Source: an uncultured Actinomycetes bacterium (lineage in GTDB: Bacteria > Actinomycetota > Actinomycetes > Streptosporangiales > Streptosporangiaceae). From it: a stretch of 64,000 bases of DNA. The notes under the pieces were generated by a model that did no database searches, was not told the DNA's origin, and saw only the letters and a program-made list of their open reading frames with translations. The DNA lies in NCBI GenBank assembly GCA_963758795.1, contig CAVWXG010000002.1, forward strand, positions 13,762 to 77,761, written 5' to 3'. Within the stretch, counting starts at the first letter, position 1, and every line of letters begins with the position of its first letter. Made by a program: the position numbers and the translations under genes. Positions 8,838 to 18,442 of this stretch are shown here, in pieces.

Positions 8838-8920
8838 CTGACCGAGGCGATGCGCGGCACGCTGAAGCCGGAGGAAACTCCTGGCGGCGGCCTGACCATG
8901 GCCCTCTCGGTGCCTGTTGC
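8838..8920 (+). pseudogene. Histidine-kinase C-terminal tail remnant
   Basis: LTEAMRGTLKPEETPGGGLTMALSVPVA resembles the end of a HATPase_c domain (..GGTL...PGGGF.V...LPV). Confidence 0.3.
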
Positions 8921-9030
8921 GCGCGGGTCGGCCGAGGCAGACCTTAACTCGCCTGGCAGGCGCGAGCGCTTGTCTGACCGGGTAGGTAGTGGTTCGCTGT
9001 TCGTGTGAGTTCTGGCGGGAGCGTCGTTGA

Positions 9031-9137
9031 GCGGGGCTTATCGGGCTCGGGGACCGGATCGAGGCGCTCGGCGGCACGCGGCACATCGCCAGCCCGCCCG
9101 GCGGCGGCACCACCCTGCTCATCCAGATCCCAGCCGC
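9031..9137 (+). pseudogene. Histidine-kinase C-terminal tail remnant
   Basis: AGLIGLGDRIEALGGTRHIASPPGGGTTLLIQIPAA follows directly after a TGA; there is no upstream kinase sequence. Confidence 0.5.
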
Positions 9138-9187
9138 CCGCCACGATACCCGAGGCCACCCGGACCATAGACCGGGTGAGCCGGGCA

Positions 9188-9526
9188 TCACACGGTTCTT
9201 GCGATTTGCGGACGCCCATCGTCCGTCGGCCTCCGGTCGTGGTGCCGCTCTAGTTCGGTCAGGCCGCCCCAGATCCCGTGGGCCCGCGTCCGCAGCGCGA
9301 ACTCCAGGCACTGCCGCCGGACCGGGCAGCCTGCGCAGATCGCCTTAGCCTCGGCTATCTGTTCCAGCGACTTACCGGATTCCGAAAGCGGGAAGAACAA
9401 CTCGGGGTCAGCCGATCGGCAGGCGGCAGCCGATCGCCAGCTCGCCCTTGTGACCAGCCGGGCCGGCGTAGCGTAGCCCGAGACCTGGTCCAGCCCGCCG
9501 ACGACCTTGTTGTCGTTGGTTCCCAC
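9188..9526 (-). CDS. WhiB-family transcription factor
   Basis: ..AACRSADPELFFP..AKAICAGCPVRRQCLEFALRTRAHGIWGGLTELER. GTG start is preceded by GGAAGGAG. Confidence 0.9.
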   Translation of the reverse strand: MGTNDNKVVGGLDQVSGYATPARLVTRASWRSAAACRSADPELFFPLSESGKSLEQIAEAKAICAGCPVRRQCLEFALRTRAHGIWGGLTELERHHDRRPTDDGRPQIARTV

Positions 9527-9583
9527 GCTGGCTCCTTCCGTTCGCCTGGTCGCAGCGGATCGGACGACGATCCTGGCAGGACC

Positions 9584-9647
9584 GCTTTCGGGCTGCGCTA
9601 AGCGTTGCTCCTGGCTTGGTGAGCCGGCATCACGCAGTTTGGGTGAT
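9584..9647. repeat. Copy 1 of a roughly 64-bp shared upstream element (core GGCTTGGTGAGCCGGCATCACGCAGT)
   Basis: Aligned by eye with 11977..12040. The 27-nt core matches at 25/27, and a GCTG(C/T)GCTAA block is shared at conserved spacing. Confidence 0.6.
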
Positions 9648-9697
9648 ATCTCACGCTCGGGTGAAGCGGTTGGGACGCACCTGCGCGGTGGAGAAAA

Positions 9698-9713
9698 TTC
9701 CGGCTAGCCGGTA
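9698..9713. promoter_or_regulatory. 7-2-7 palindromic box TTCCGGC-TA-GCCGGTA
   Basis: The inner 12 bp CCGGCTAGCCGG is a perfect palindrome. It lies 28 nt upstream of the LuxR-type gene ATG (9741) and 172 nt upstream of whiB (9526). Confidence 0.55.
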
Positions 9714-9740
9714 GACGCGTTTCATGCCTGCCAGGAAGAC

Positions 9741-11804
9741 ATGACCACTCGCCAAGGGCGATCGTTGGCACGTACGCATAGTGCATCTGCCGATATCACA
9801 GTGAGCGTCATGAGCCCTGCCGTCCGAACCCAGACCGCCGATGCCGAGCCGGCTTCAGTCCCTGCCGTCATGGCAGGGACGGTCTTCCGCCGCGGGCTGT
9901 TCGCGCGGCTCGGGAGAGCCGCGCGCGTCACCCAGCTGTCGGCGCCGGCCGGCAGCGGGAAGACCTTTCTGCTGCGGTCCTGGATCGGCGAGGCGGGGCT
10001 GGCCGATCGCGTGGCCTGGGTTTCGGTGCCGGGCGGGGAACGTGACCCGCAGCGATTCTGGATCTCGGTGGCCGGCGCGCTGCGAGACACCGCGGCGGGG
10101 GCCACGCTGGTGCGGGCCGTGACGGCGGAGCCGGATCTAGACGGCTGGGCGATGGTCGAGCGGCTGCTGGCGGATCTGGGCTCGCTGCGGGACCGGATCT
10201 GGCTGGTGATCGACGATGTGCACGAGCTGGACTCAAGCGAGGCGCTGCGCCAGCTGGAACTGCTGGTGATGCGCGGGCCGGCCGAGCTGCGGTTCGTGCT
10301 CGCCACCCGTCGGGACGTGCGGCTGGGTCTGCACCGGTTGCGGCTGGAGGGGGACCTGACCGAGATCCGCGCCGCCGATCTCCGGTTTACCGCCGACGAG
10401 GCGCAGGCGCTGCTGGCAGCGGCCGGCGTGGCGTTGCCTGCTTCGGCGCTGGCGCTGTTGCACCAGCGGACCGAGGGCTGGGCGGCCGGGCTGCGGCTGG
10501 CTGCACTGTCGCTGGCCGGGCACCCGGATCCGGGCCGGATCGCGGCCGAGTTCTCTGGCAGCGAGCGCACGGTCGCCGAGTACCTGCTGGCCGAGGTGCT
10601 GGAGCGCCAGCCGGAGGAGGTCCGGCAGCTGCTGCTGCGGACCTCTGTGCTCGACCAGGTCAACGGCCCGCTGGCCAATGTCCTGTGCGGACGGTCGGGC
10701 GGCGAACAGGTTTTGCAGGAGCTGGAACAGGCTGGCACGTTCGTGGTCGCGGTGGATGCACGCCGGTCCTGGTTCCGCTACCACCAGATGTTCGCCGACA
10801 TGCTGCAACTCCAGCTACGGCGCAGCGCGCCGGGTGAACTTTCCGCGCTGCATAGCATCGCCGCCGGGTGGTATGCCGAGCACGGGCACGCGGTCGAGGC
10901 GGTCCGCCATGCCCAGGCCGCGCAGGACTGGAGCCTGGCTGCTCGCCTGCCCGGTCTTGTCCTCAACGGGCAGGGCGCCACCGCGCGCGAGCTCCTGGCC
11001 GGATTCTCGGCCAGTGCCGTTACGGCCGATGCGGAGCTGGCCACGCTGCGGGCGGGCTACGAGGTGACCGATGGGTCGCTGGAGGCGGCGGAGCGGAAGC
11101 TGGCCCCCGCCAACGCCGCGGACGCCGCGGACGCCGCGCCACTGGTGCAGGGGGCTGGGGAGGACCTGCGGACACTGGCGCTGGTCAGCCTAGGTGCCGC
11201 CGAGCTCTGGTTTCTTCGCACCGAAGAGGCGGAACGGCACCTCGAGCAAGCCGTCGCCCCGGCGCACCGGATCGGGCGGCCCTTCCCCGAGGCCGGTGCC
11301 TTGGCACACGGTGCGTGGGCGGCAGGCGTCCGGTCGTTCGCGCTCGCGGTCGACCGGAGCACGCAGGCGACCGAGCTGGACCGACGGCATGGCTGGACCG
11401 AGGAGCCGATCGTTGCCGTCGCTTATCTGGCCCTCGGGGTCACCAGGGTCTGGCAAATGCGGCTCGAAGAGGCGGAGCCGTTGCTGGACCACGCCGAGCT
11501 GCAGGGGAGTCTGGGGGGATGGCATCCCCCCAGAAGCGGGAGGGGCTGGGGGGGTCGTCCCCCCGAAGAAAAACAGCTAAAACTTCTAAGAGAGCCGCTC
11601 ACCGACAGCGAGACCCGCGTCCTGCGCTACCTGCCGACCAACCTGTCCGCGCCGGAGATCGCGGGCCAGCTGTCCGTGTCGGTGAACACCGTCCGGACCC
11701 ACATGCGCCACGTGTACGAGAAGCTCGGCGCGCACCGTCGTGCGGGTGCCGTGGAGCGGGCCCGCGTCCTCGGCCTGCTCGCCCCTTCCCCGCGCCGGGC
11801 CTGA
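9741..11804 (+). CDS. MalT/LuxR-type large regulator (P-loop NTPase, helical repeats, C-terminal LuxR HTH)
   Basis: Walker A ..[16 protein letters not shown].. The C-terminus is ..[46 protein letters not shown]. Confidence 0.85.
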   Translation: MTTRQGRSLARTHSASADITVSVMSPAVRTQTADAEPASVPAVMAGTVFRRGLFARLGRAARVTQLSAPAGSGKTFLLRSWIGEAGLADRVAWVSVPGGERDPQRFWISVAGALRDTAAGATLVRAVTAEPDLDGWAMVERLLADLGSLRDRIWLVIDDVHELDSSEALRQLELLVMRGPAELRFVLATRRDVRLGLHRLRLEGDLTEIRAADLRFTADEAQALLAAAGVALPASALALLHQRTEGWAAGLRLAALSLAGHPDPGRIAAEFSGSERTVAEYLLAEVLERQPEEVRQLLLRTSVLDQVNGPLANVLCGRSGGEQVLQELEQAGTFVVAVDARRSWFRYHQMFADMLQLQLRRSAPGELSALHSIAAGWYAEHGHAVEAVRHAQAAQDWSLAARLPGLVLNGQGATARELLAGFSASAVTADAELATLRAGYEVTDGSLEAAERKLAPANAADAADAAPLVQGAGEDLRTLALVSLGAAELWFLRTEEAERHLEQAVAPAHRIGRPFPEAGALAHGAWAAGVRSFALAVDRSTQATELDRRHGWTEEPIVAVAYLALGVTRVWQMRLEEAEPLLDHAELQGSLGGWHPPRSGRGWGGRPPEEKQLKLLREPLTDSETRVLRYLPTNLSAPEIAGQLSVSVNTVRTHMRHVYEKLGAHRRAGAVERARVLGLLAPSPRRA
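11497..11592 (+). repeat. In-frame G6/C6 hairpin-module insertion inside the LuxR-type gene
   Basis: CTGGGGGGAT-GGC-ATCCCCCCAG (11511..11533) has a perfect 10-bp stem. It is followed by G7-TCGT-C6 and then a low-GC tail GAAGAAAAACAGCTAAAACTTCTAAGAGAG. It translates as [28 protein letters not shown] just before the HTH. Confidence 0.6.
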
Positions 11805-11821
11805 GGCTTCCCGGCCCGAAG

Positions 11822-11962
11822 AAGATCGGCGTGTCGTTGCCGACCACGTCGTAGTTGCCCTCGGCGGTGTAGAGCTTAATCGCGACGCCGCGGATACTCG
11901 TCGCTCTCAACCGGAATGCCGGCATCCGTCGTCTGAATCGGGTTGGGTCGCGTTCTGGTCAT
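11822..11962 (-). pseudogene. Catalase remnant (N-terminus joined out of frame to an internal segment, then truncated)
   Basis: [23 protein letters not shown].. with RBS GAAGGAG, followed in another frame by ..[25 protein letters not shown]. In intact catalases these two blocks are about 90 aa apart. Confidence 0.65.
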
Positions 11963-11976
11963 GTAGATCTCCTTCG

Positions 11977-12040
11977 ATTGCTTCGCTGTGCTAACCCTCA
12001 CGCCCGGCTTGGTGAGCCGCCATCACGTAGTCCTGATGAT
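11977..12040. repeat. Copy 2 of the roughly 64-bp shared upstream element (core GGCTTGGTGAGCCGCCATCACGTAGT)
   Basis: See 9584..9647. This copy lies upstream of the catalase remnant start. Confidence 0.6.
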
Positions 12041-12070
12041 TTGCGTCGGCCGCCCGCTCGCGGTCAAGGG

Positions 12071-12439
12071 TTATAGCCGCCGGCCGAGGATCCGGCTTAT
12101 CGCCTGCGCCGACAGCTCCGGCTTCACCAAGAATCCGGCCGCCGGGCTTTCGGCGATCAGCTCCGCATAGTCGGTTTCGGCGCGCGCCGAGATCAAGATC
12201 ACCTCGGCGCGGCCGGCCTGCCCGTCCTGGGCCAGGAGCCGGGTCAGGTCAAAGCCGCTCTCGCTGCCGAGCCCGATGTCGACCAGGATGACGTCCGGCC
12301 GCAGCACGCGGGCCTGCCGGAGCGCCCCGGCGCTGTCCGAGGCCACGCCCACCACCGTCACGCCGTCTCGCTGCAGCAGAACACTCGCCGCCTTGAGGAA
12401 GGCGTCGCTGTCATCAACCAGCAGGCACCGTATCGACAC
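12071..12439 (-). CDS. Single-domain response regulator (receiver only)
   Basis: ..CLLVDDSDAFLKAASVLL..RPDVILVDIGLGSESGFDL..; GTG start. Confidence 0.85.
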   Translation of the reverse strand: MSIRCLLVDDSDAFLKAASVLLQRDGVTVVGVASDSAGALRQARVLRPDVILVDIGLGSESGFDLTRLLAQDGQAGRAEVILISARAETDYAELIAESPAAGFLVKPELSAQAISRILGRRL

Positions 12440-12473
12440 GCGCTCATGGTGCCAGGTATACCTTGCGGTCGCA

Positions 12474-12489
12474 TTACGGCTAGCAGGAA
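12474..12489. promoter_or_regulatory. 7-2-7 palindromic box TTACGGC-TA-GCAGGAA, with an adjacent everted pair CCAGGTA-TACCTTG at 12452..12465
   Basis: Read directly. It lies 35 nt upstream of the receiver gene GTG (12439). Confidence 0.5.
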
Positions 12490-12529
12490 TTCCGCTGTGG
12501 TTCCCGCAGCGGACGGCGGCGTGGGGAGC

Positions 12530-13307
12530 TCACGTCCTGGCCTCATCCGTCCGCAGGTCGAAGAGCTGGCGCAGCGCGTCGAGGTAGACAGGCCCGTCCG
12601 GGCCAGCCGAGAACTGTTTGGCCCGGACGGTCGGCTGGTGCAAGATCTTGCGCAAGATGCGGTGCACGGTGGCCGCCGTCTCGGCCCGCTGCTGGTCGCT
12701 GAGGTCCGGGAGCCGGTCGTGCAGCCGGGCCAGCTCGGCGTCCGCGAGCTGCCTGATCTGCGCGTGCATCGCGGCGATGACGGGCGCCGCGATCGCCTGG
12801 TCCTGCCGGGCAGTGTACGCCGCGGCCTCGGCGGCGACGATCGCGCGGACCTGGGGGATCTGGCTCGGTACCGCCCGGTCGGCCAGGTGCCAGCCCAGGG
12901 CGGCGATATCCACGAGCGTCAGGCCGGCCAGCCGCCCCACGGCGGGGTCCACGTCGGGTGGCATGCCCAGGTCAAGCACGACCAGCGGCCGACCGCCGAC
13001 CCGGGCCCGGGCGGCGCGCAACTGCCCGGCGAGCACGACGGGGGCGGCGGCGCCGGTCGCGGTGACCAGGAGGTCGGCGTCGACGAGCGCGGCAGGCGAC
13101 CGCCCGGGCTACCGGTCCGGCCGGGCCGTGCGCGGCCGCGTAGACCTCGACCCGGTTGCAGGTCGACAAGACGGCCACCTCGTCGACGGACGGCACAGCG
13201 TGCAACCGGGCCAGCACACTGCCACGTTGTGCAGCCGGAACAGCCAGCTTCTCAAGTGTCTCCGGCGTCGCGATCCGGTGGGAGACGCCGAGATTCACGA
13301 TCGTCAT
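12530..13307 (-). pseudogene. hemA: Glutamyl-tRNA reductase (hemA-like) with an internal deletion and frameshift
   Basis: N-terminus MTIVNLGVSHRIATPETLEKL..VLSTCNRVEVYA (ORF 12972..13307). The C-terminal part ..LVVLDLGMPPDVDP..RQLADAELARL..HQPTVRAK.. is in another frame (ORF 12530..13036). Total length is about 259 codons against about 440 expected. Confidence 0.7.
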
Positions 13308-13386
13308 CGCGGTGACCGTCTAGTCTCGTGAGCTTCCGCGTCCGGGTCGTGGCCGAAGCTCGGCCCGTGACGCCATGACGCCACGA

Positions 13387-13713
13387 TCAGCTCGCGAGAG
13401 CGAGTGGTCGCACCCTCGGAGCTGGGGTCATTGCGGGCAGCGGATAGACCTTGCGGATCGTCGCCAGCGCCCAGCACATCCTGGCGGCCGCGGTGTCCGG
13501 GTGGTCGCCGAACTCGCCGGCCATCCGGGCCGCACAGCCGCCGCTTCCCAGCCGCCGCAGCGTCGTCGCGACGGCGGCGCGGATCTGGTGGGGCGAGGTC
13601 GAGCCGGAAGGCTGCAGGGTCGACGCGAACAGCGCCTCGGCCCGGACCGCCTCGAACGTGCGCGACATCTCGCATTCGGCAAGCGATGTCTTGGCCGTCG
13701 CAATCTCCGCCAT
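13387..13713 (-). CDS. Conserved actinobacterial hypothetical protein
   Basis: MAEIATAKTSLAECEMSRTFEAVRAEALFASTLQPSGSTSPHQIRAAVATTLRRLGSGGCAARMAGEFGDHPDTAAARMCWA.. resembles a recurrent small family of unknown function. ATG at 13713 has the [11 protein letters not shown]. Confidence 0.55.
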   Translation of the reverse strand: MAEIATAKTSLAECEMSRTFEAVRAEALFASTLQPSGSTSPHQIRAAVATTLRRLGSGGCAARMAGEFGDHPDTAAARMCWALATIRKVYPLPAMTPAPRVRPLALAS

Positions 13714-13823
13714 GACTCTCGCCTCGCTTCCTTCGACGTTTGCGGCCACTGGGTTCGCGCCGCATGTTCTCCAGCTTCGCGGTCGGGCCCGGTTATGTCT
13801 TCGCAGCCAGCGGCCAGCCCGGC

Positions 13824-13839
13824 TACCTGCCACCAGGTA
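13824..13839. promoter_or_regulatory. 7-2-7 variant box TACCTGC-CA-CCAGGTA, followed by TACGGGAATTCCCGC
   Basis: The outer half-sites are exact reverse complements. GGGAATTCCC is a perfect 10-bp palindrome immediately 3-prime. Confidence 0.45.
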
Positions 13840-13887
13840 TACGGGAATTCCCGCCAGCAATAGGGGCCGTGCGGGTCAGCTGATTCT

Positions 13888-14601
13888 TTAGCGGGTTTCG
13901 AGGAACCTGAGGACGGCCAGGACCCGCCGGTGCTCGGTCTCGCTTTCCGGCAAGTCGAGCTTGGTCAAGATCGCCCGGACATGCTTTTCCACCGTGCCCT
14001 CGGTCACGAAAATCCGCCGCGCGATACCCGCGTTCGACGCGCCCTCCGCCATCAAAGCGAGCACCTCGCGCTCCCGAGGCGACAGCACATCCAGCGGATC
14101 ACGACGCCGCCGCACCCGGATCAGCTCCTGCACCAGCGACGGATCCACCACCGACCCGCCCGCCGCGATCCGCCCCACCGTCTCGATGAACTCCGCCACA
14201 TCCGTCACCCGGCTCTTCAGCAGATACCCGGTACCCTGCCCGCCGGCCAGCAGCTCCATCGCCTCCTCCACCTCCACATGAGCCGACAGCACGATGATCG
14301 CCGTACCCGGCAGCTCCGCCCGGATCACCCGCGCCGCCTGCAGCCCCTCGGTGGCATGCCCCGGCGGCATCCGGATGTCAATGATCGCCACCTCCGGCCG
14401 CACCGACCGGACCAGCGCCACCAACTCAGGCCCGGTCCCGGCCTGCCCCGCCACCTCAAACCCGGACCGCTCCAGCAAACTCGCCAGGCCCTCACGCAAC
14501 AGCACATCATCATCGGCCAGCACAACCCGGGACCCAGCCCGGCCCGCCGCCGCCGCCGCCGCTATCTCTGGAGATGTCACCACCCCCCGATTATCGGTCA
14601 C
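13888..14601 (-). CDS. NarL/FixJ-family response regulator (receiver plus LuxR-type HTH)
   Basis: ..RVVLADDDVLLREGLASLL..AIIDIRMPP.. and ..LSPREREVLALMAEGASNAGIARRIFVTEGTVEKHV.. Confidence 0.9.
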   Translation of the reverse strand: MTDNRGVVTSPEIAAAAAAGRAGSRVVLADDDVLLREGLASLLERSGFEVAGQAGTGPELVALVRSVRPEVAIIDIRMPPGHATEGLQAARVIRAELPGTAIIVLSAHVEVEEAMELLAGGQGTGYLLKSRVTDVAEFIETVGRIAAGGSVVDPSLVQELIRVRRRRDPLDVLSPREREVLALMAEGASNAGIARRIFVTEGTVEKHVRAILTKLDLPESETEHRRVLAVLRFLETR

Positions 14602-14786
14602 GGGCAGCCGCCCGCGGCAGGGTCTGCAGCAGCGGGCGTGAGTGTTCTCTTTTTCCCTGTGCCCAGTCGGTGACAGTCACGAGTCCGCATCCTTCCATTC
14701 CCGGTCGTTCCGATATACCGTGCTGCTTGTCGCCAACAATTGCGCATCGCCGTGGCCCTGTCCTTACCGAACCCGCCCGGACCCGC

Positions 14787-14802
14787 TACCTGCTAGCTGG
14801 TA
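14787..14802. promoter_or_regulatory. 7-2-7 palindromic box TACCTGC-TA-GCTGGTA
   Basis: Sits in the divergent spacer between the NarL-type RR (start 14601) and the aldo/keto reductase (start 14951). Confidence 0.5.
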
Positions 14803-14812
14803 AGGCCGGACG

Positions 14813-14847
14813 GCCGCCACCGTCCCCCCACCACGGGGGCTGGCGGC
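14813..14847. repeat. C6/G5 hairpin module GCCGCCACCGTCCCCCC-ACCAC-GGGGGCTGGCGGC
   Basis: Read directly; it is an imperfect extended stem. Confidence 0.5.
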
Positions 14848-14950
14848 GATGCCGCGGCACACCCCGGTCGGCCATGCTAACCGCGCAGTCGAATATCAAC
14901 CATAGGCCCGGCCGGGCAGGCCGGCCAGACGGCGATAAGGGAGAACCACG

Positions 14951-15982
14951 ATGACTACTTCTCTGCCCACTATCCGACTGGGCCGCACCGGCATGGAGCT
15001 GACCCGGGTCGGGTTCGGGGCCTGGGCCATCGGCGGCGGCGGCTGGGCCTTCGCCTGGGGCTGCCAGGACGACGCCGAGTCGATCGCCGCCATCCGCACC
15101 GCGGTGGGGTCCGGAGTGAACTGGATCGACACCGCCGCCGTCTACGGGCTCGGCCATTCCGAGGAAGTGGTCGCCGCCGCGCTGGCCGGCTTCCCCGAGT
15201 CGGACCGGCCGTACGTGTTCACCAAGGGTGGCCTGGTCTGGGACCCGGCCGACCGGACCGCGGCGCCGCGCCGGGTGGGCGCCCCGGCCAGCCTGCGGGC
15301 CGAGGTCGAGGCCTCGCTGCGGCGGCTGCGGGTGGACCGGATCGACCTGTACCAGATGCACTGGCCCGCCGAAGACGGCACCCCGGTGGAGGAGTACTGG
15401 CAGGTCTTCGCCGACCTCAAGCGCGAAGGCAAGGTCCGCGCGATCGGGCTGTCCAACCACTACATCTGGCAGCTGGATGAAGCCGAACCCGTCGCGGCCG
15501 TGGACGCCATCCAGCCCCAGTTCAGCCTGATCCACCGCGACGCCGCCAACGACGTGCTGCCGTGGGCCCACGAGCACCACACCGGCGTCATCGTCTACAG
15601 CCCGATGGCCTCCGGCCTGCTCACCGGCGCCTTCACCGCTGCCCGGGCCGCCACCCTGGACCCCGGCGACTGGCGCCGCGGCCACCCCGACTTCACCGAG
15701 CCCGCCCTGACCGCCAACCTGGCCCTGGCCGCCGCGCTGGACCCGGTCGCCGAGCGGCACGGCGTCACCCCCGCCGCCGTCGCGGTCGCCTGGACCCTGT
15801 CCTTTCCCGCCGTCACCGGCGCTATCGTCGGCGCCCGGACACCGCAGCAGGTCAGCGGCTGGCTGCCCGCCGCGACCCTGGAGCTGAAGGAAGACGACCT
15901 GGCCGAGATCGCCGCCGCCGTCCACGCCACCGGGGCCGGCACCGGACCCGCAGCACCACCTGCCGCTCCCCCGTCCCAGTAA
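14951..15982 (+). CDS. Aldo/keto reductase
   Basis: ..[49 protein letters not shown].. Confidence 0.9.
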   Translation: MTTSLPTIRLGRTGMELTRVGFGAWAIGGGGWAFAWGCQDDAESIAAIRTAVGSGVNWIDTAAVYGLGHSEEVVAAALAGFPESDRPYVFTKGGLVWDPADRTAAPRRVGAPASLRAEVEASLRRLRVDRIDLYQMHWPAEDGTPVEEYWQVFADLKREGKVRAIGLSNHYIWQLDEAEPVAAVDAIQPQFSLIHRDAANDVLPWAHEHHTGVIVYSPMASGLLTGAFTAARAATLDPGDWRRGHPDFTEPALTANLALAAALDPVAERHGVTPAAVAVAWTLSFPAVTGAIVGARTPQQVSGWLPAATLELKEDDLAEIAAAVHATGAGTGPAAPPAAPPSQ

Positions 15983-16017
15983 GCCAGACCACACTCCAGC
16001 GAGCCAGACCACACTCC
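15983..16017. repeat. Direct repeat GCCAGACCACACTCC x2 (period 20) immediately after the AKR stop codon
   Basis: Counted directly: 15983..15997 and 16003..16017. Confidence 0.9.
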
Positions 16018-16019
16018 GG

Positions 16020-16250
16020 AGTCGTGGGTGACGGTGACGAGCGTGAGGCCACGCTCGCGCCACAGCTGTCCCAGCAGGGCCATGATCCCGTCGCGCGTGC
16101 CTTCGTCGAGGTTGCCGGTGGGCTCGTCCGCGAGGAGCCCCTGGTTTTTGACCAGGGCCCGGGCGATCGCAACCCGCTGCTGCTGGCCGCCAGACAGTCG
16201 CCTGTTGCAGTCAATGCGGAGGTCTTGCGATCTCGTTGCGCCTGCCTGCG
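16020..16250 (-). pseudogene. ABC transporter ATP-binding protein fragment (signature motif to H-loop only)
   Basis: ..[61 protein letters not shown]. There is no Walker A part, and the fragment ends in the direct repeat. Confidence 0.65.
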
Positions 16251-16307
16251 AGCTTCCTGTTCCGGCCGCCCGGCCTTGCGGTCGCGCAGGCGACCGCCAC
16301 CATCCGT

Positions 16308-17768
16308 TCAGGTTCCGCTTTCCACGCTCGCGGCGAGCGGCAGGCGGAGGTGAAACGCGGCCCCCCGGCCGGGCTGGGAGTCGACGGTGATGTCTCCGCC
16401 GTGGGCAGCGGCCAGCGAAGCCGCGATCGACAGGCCGAGCCCGGCGCCACCGCGGGCACGCGTCCTGGCGTCGTCGGTCCGGTAGAAGCGCTCGAATACG
16501 CGCGCGGCCTGTTCCGCGGTCATCCCGGGCCCGTTATCCGCGACGATGACCTCCCCGAGGCCGGTGGTACCGGTCACGGACACGGTGACCGCAGCGCGCG
16601 GCGGGGTGTGCTGGGCGGCGTTGCCGATCAGGTTATCGATGACCTGCCGCAGCCGTTCGGTATCGGCGTAGACGATGACCGGGTCGCCGTCCAGCAGGGT
16701 GATCGGGCGGTCCGGGTTGACGATGCGGGCGGCCTGGACCGCCTGCGCCGCGATGCTGGCCAGGTCGACGTGGCGTCGGTCCAGCGGGCGGTCGGTGTCG
16801 AATCTAGCCAGCAGGAGGAGGTCCTCCACCAGCCGCCCCATCCGGCCGGCCTCGTGCTGGATGAGGGTCATCAGCCGCAGCAGTTCGGTGGGACTGGCCG
16901 CGGTGCCCTGCTGCAAGCCGAATTCGGCCAGTCCCCGCACCGATGTCAGCGGCGTGCGCAGCTCATGGCTCGCGTCGGCGACGAACTGCCGCATCCGGTC
17001 TTCGGACCGCAGCGCCCGTGCCTCGCCGTCCGCGCGGGCCCGGTACGCGGTCTCCAGCTGGCCGAGCATGGTGTCCAGGGCATCCGCGAGCCGGCCCACC
17101 TCGGTGCCGCCGGACCGATGGTCGATGCGCCGCGACAGGTCACCACGCGCAATCGCCGCGGCCGTCGCCTCGATCCGGCTGAGCGGTGCCAGGCTGGCGC
17201 GCACCAGCGGCAGCCCCACGACGGCCAGCACCGCGATGGCGATCGCCCCGGCCAGCGCGTCCGCGATCTCCAGCCGGGTGACGGTGCTGTTCAGATCATC
17301 GAGGCTGAAGGCGACGACCGCGTGCCGACCGCCGGAGAGCGGCCGCACCAGGACACGCCACGAGTGCGCGGGCGCGTCGGCCGCCGGCGCGGTGAACGGG
17401 TTCCCCTCGTCTGCGAGTTGCGCAGCGGACAGCTTCGGGGCGCCGGCATCGTGCGGTGGTGTCTCCGCCGTCTGGACCTGGCCGTCCGCGCTGACCACCT
17501 CGACCAGGAACTGAGTCGGCAGGGTCGGCTGCTGACCACTTGGCCGAACGGGCAGGTGTGATTGCTCAAGAACGCGGCTGGTGACCACGGCGAAGTCGCT
17601 TAGCTGGGCGTCGGCGCGGTCATACAGGTAACTGCGCAGCAGCGCCGTGCCGAGCAAGCCGGTCACCAGCGAGGTCAGGGCGACGAGGATGGCGGCGGCC
17701 GCCATCACCCTGGCCCGCAGCGACGCGCCCGCCAGGACTCGCCGTGGCCGGCCCGGCCACGTCCTCAC
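16308..17768 (-). CDS. Sensor histidine kinase (TM-HAMP-HisKA-HATPase)
   Basis: ..[18 protein letters not shown].. and ..[29 protein letters not shown].. GTG at 17768 overlaps the RR stop (GTGA). Confidence 0.9.
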   Translation of the reverse strand: MRTWPGRPRRVLAGASLRARVMAAAAILVALTSLVTGLLGTALLRSYLYDRADAQLSDFAVVTSRVLEQSHLPVRPSGQQPTLPTQFLVEVVSADGQVQTAETPPHDAGAPKLSAAQLADEGNPFTAPAADAPAHSWRVLVRPLSGGRHAVVAFSLDDLNSTVTRLEIADALAGAIAIAVLAVVGLPLVRASLAPLSRIEATAAAIARGDLSRRIDHRSGGTEVGRLADALDTMLGQLETAYRARADGEARALRSEDRMRQFVADASHELRTPLTSVRGLAEFGLQQGTAASPTELLRLMTLIQHEAGRMGRLVEDLLLLARFDTDRPLDRRHVDLASIAAQAVQAARIVNPDRPITLLDGDPVIVYADTERLRQVIDNLIGNAAQHTPPRAAVTVSVTGTTGLGEVIVADNGPGMTAEQAARVFERFYRTDDARTRARGGAGLGLSIAASLAAAHGGDITVDSQPGRGAAFHLRLPLAASVESGT

Positions 17769-18430
17769 GGCGGCGGAATCCGCAGGACATAGCCGACCCC
17801 GCGGATGGTGTGAATCAGGTGTGGCTCCCCCTGGTCGACCTTGCGCCGCAGGTAGCTGACGCAAGGCTCGACCACATTGCCGTCGCCGGCCGGGTTGTGG
17901 TCCCAGACATGATCAAGTATCTGCCGCTTGGACAGGACCCGGCCGGCGTTGAGCATCAGGTACCGCAGCAGCCGGAACTCGGTGGGCGTCACCGCGATGA
18001 CGGTGCCATCCCGCCTGACCTCGTGGCCGTCTTCGTCGAGTTCCAGGCCGGCCACGCGCAGCCGCGAGGTCGCGGCCGGACGGCCGGTGCGCCGCAGCAC
18101 CGCCCGGATGCGTTCCAGCACCTCGTCCAGGCTGAACGGCTTGGTGATGTAGTCGTCACCGCCCAGCGCCAGGCCGGCCACTCGCTCGCGGACACCGTCC
18201 CGAGCGGTCAGGAAGATGACCGGAACATCCGGGCCGGCCGACCGCATCCGGCGCATCACCTCGAACCCGTCGCCGTCCGGCATCATGATGTCCAGCAGGA
18301 CCAGGTCGGGCCGTGACGCCGCCACGGCGCGCAGCGCGTCGGCACCGCTGGCCGCGGTCGTCACCTCGAATCCGGCGAACCGGAGCGATCCAGACAGCAG
18401 TTCCAGGATCGTTTGCTCGTCCTCGACCAC
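17765..18430 (-). CDS. OmpR/PhoB-family response regulator
   Basis: ..VVEDEQTILELLSGSLRFAGFEV..PDLVLLDIMMPDGDG.. with a winged-helix C-terminus. The only start codon (GTG 18430) falls inside the conserved LLVVEDE strand; see findings. Confidence 0.8.
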   Translation of the reverse strand: MVEDEQTILELLSGSLRFAGFEVTTAASGADALRAVAASRPDLVLLDIMMPDGDGFEVMRRMRSAGPDVPVIFLTARDGVRERVAGLALGGDDYITKPFSLDEVLERIRAVLRRTGRPAATSRLRVAGLELDEDGHEVRRDGTVIAVTPTEFRLLRYLMLNAGRVLSKRQILDHVWDHNPAGDGNVVEPCVSYLRRKVDQGEPHLIHTIRGVGYVLRIPPP

Positions 18431-18442
18431 GAGCAGCCCCGC

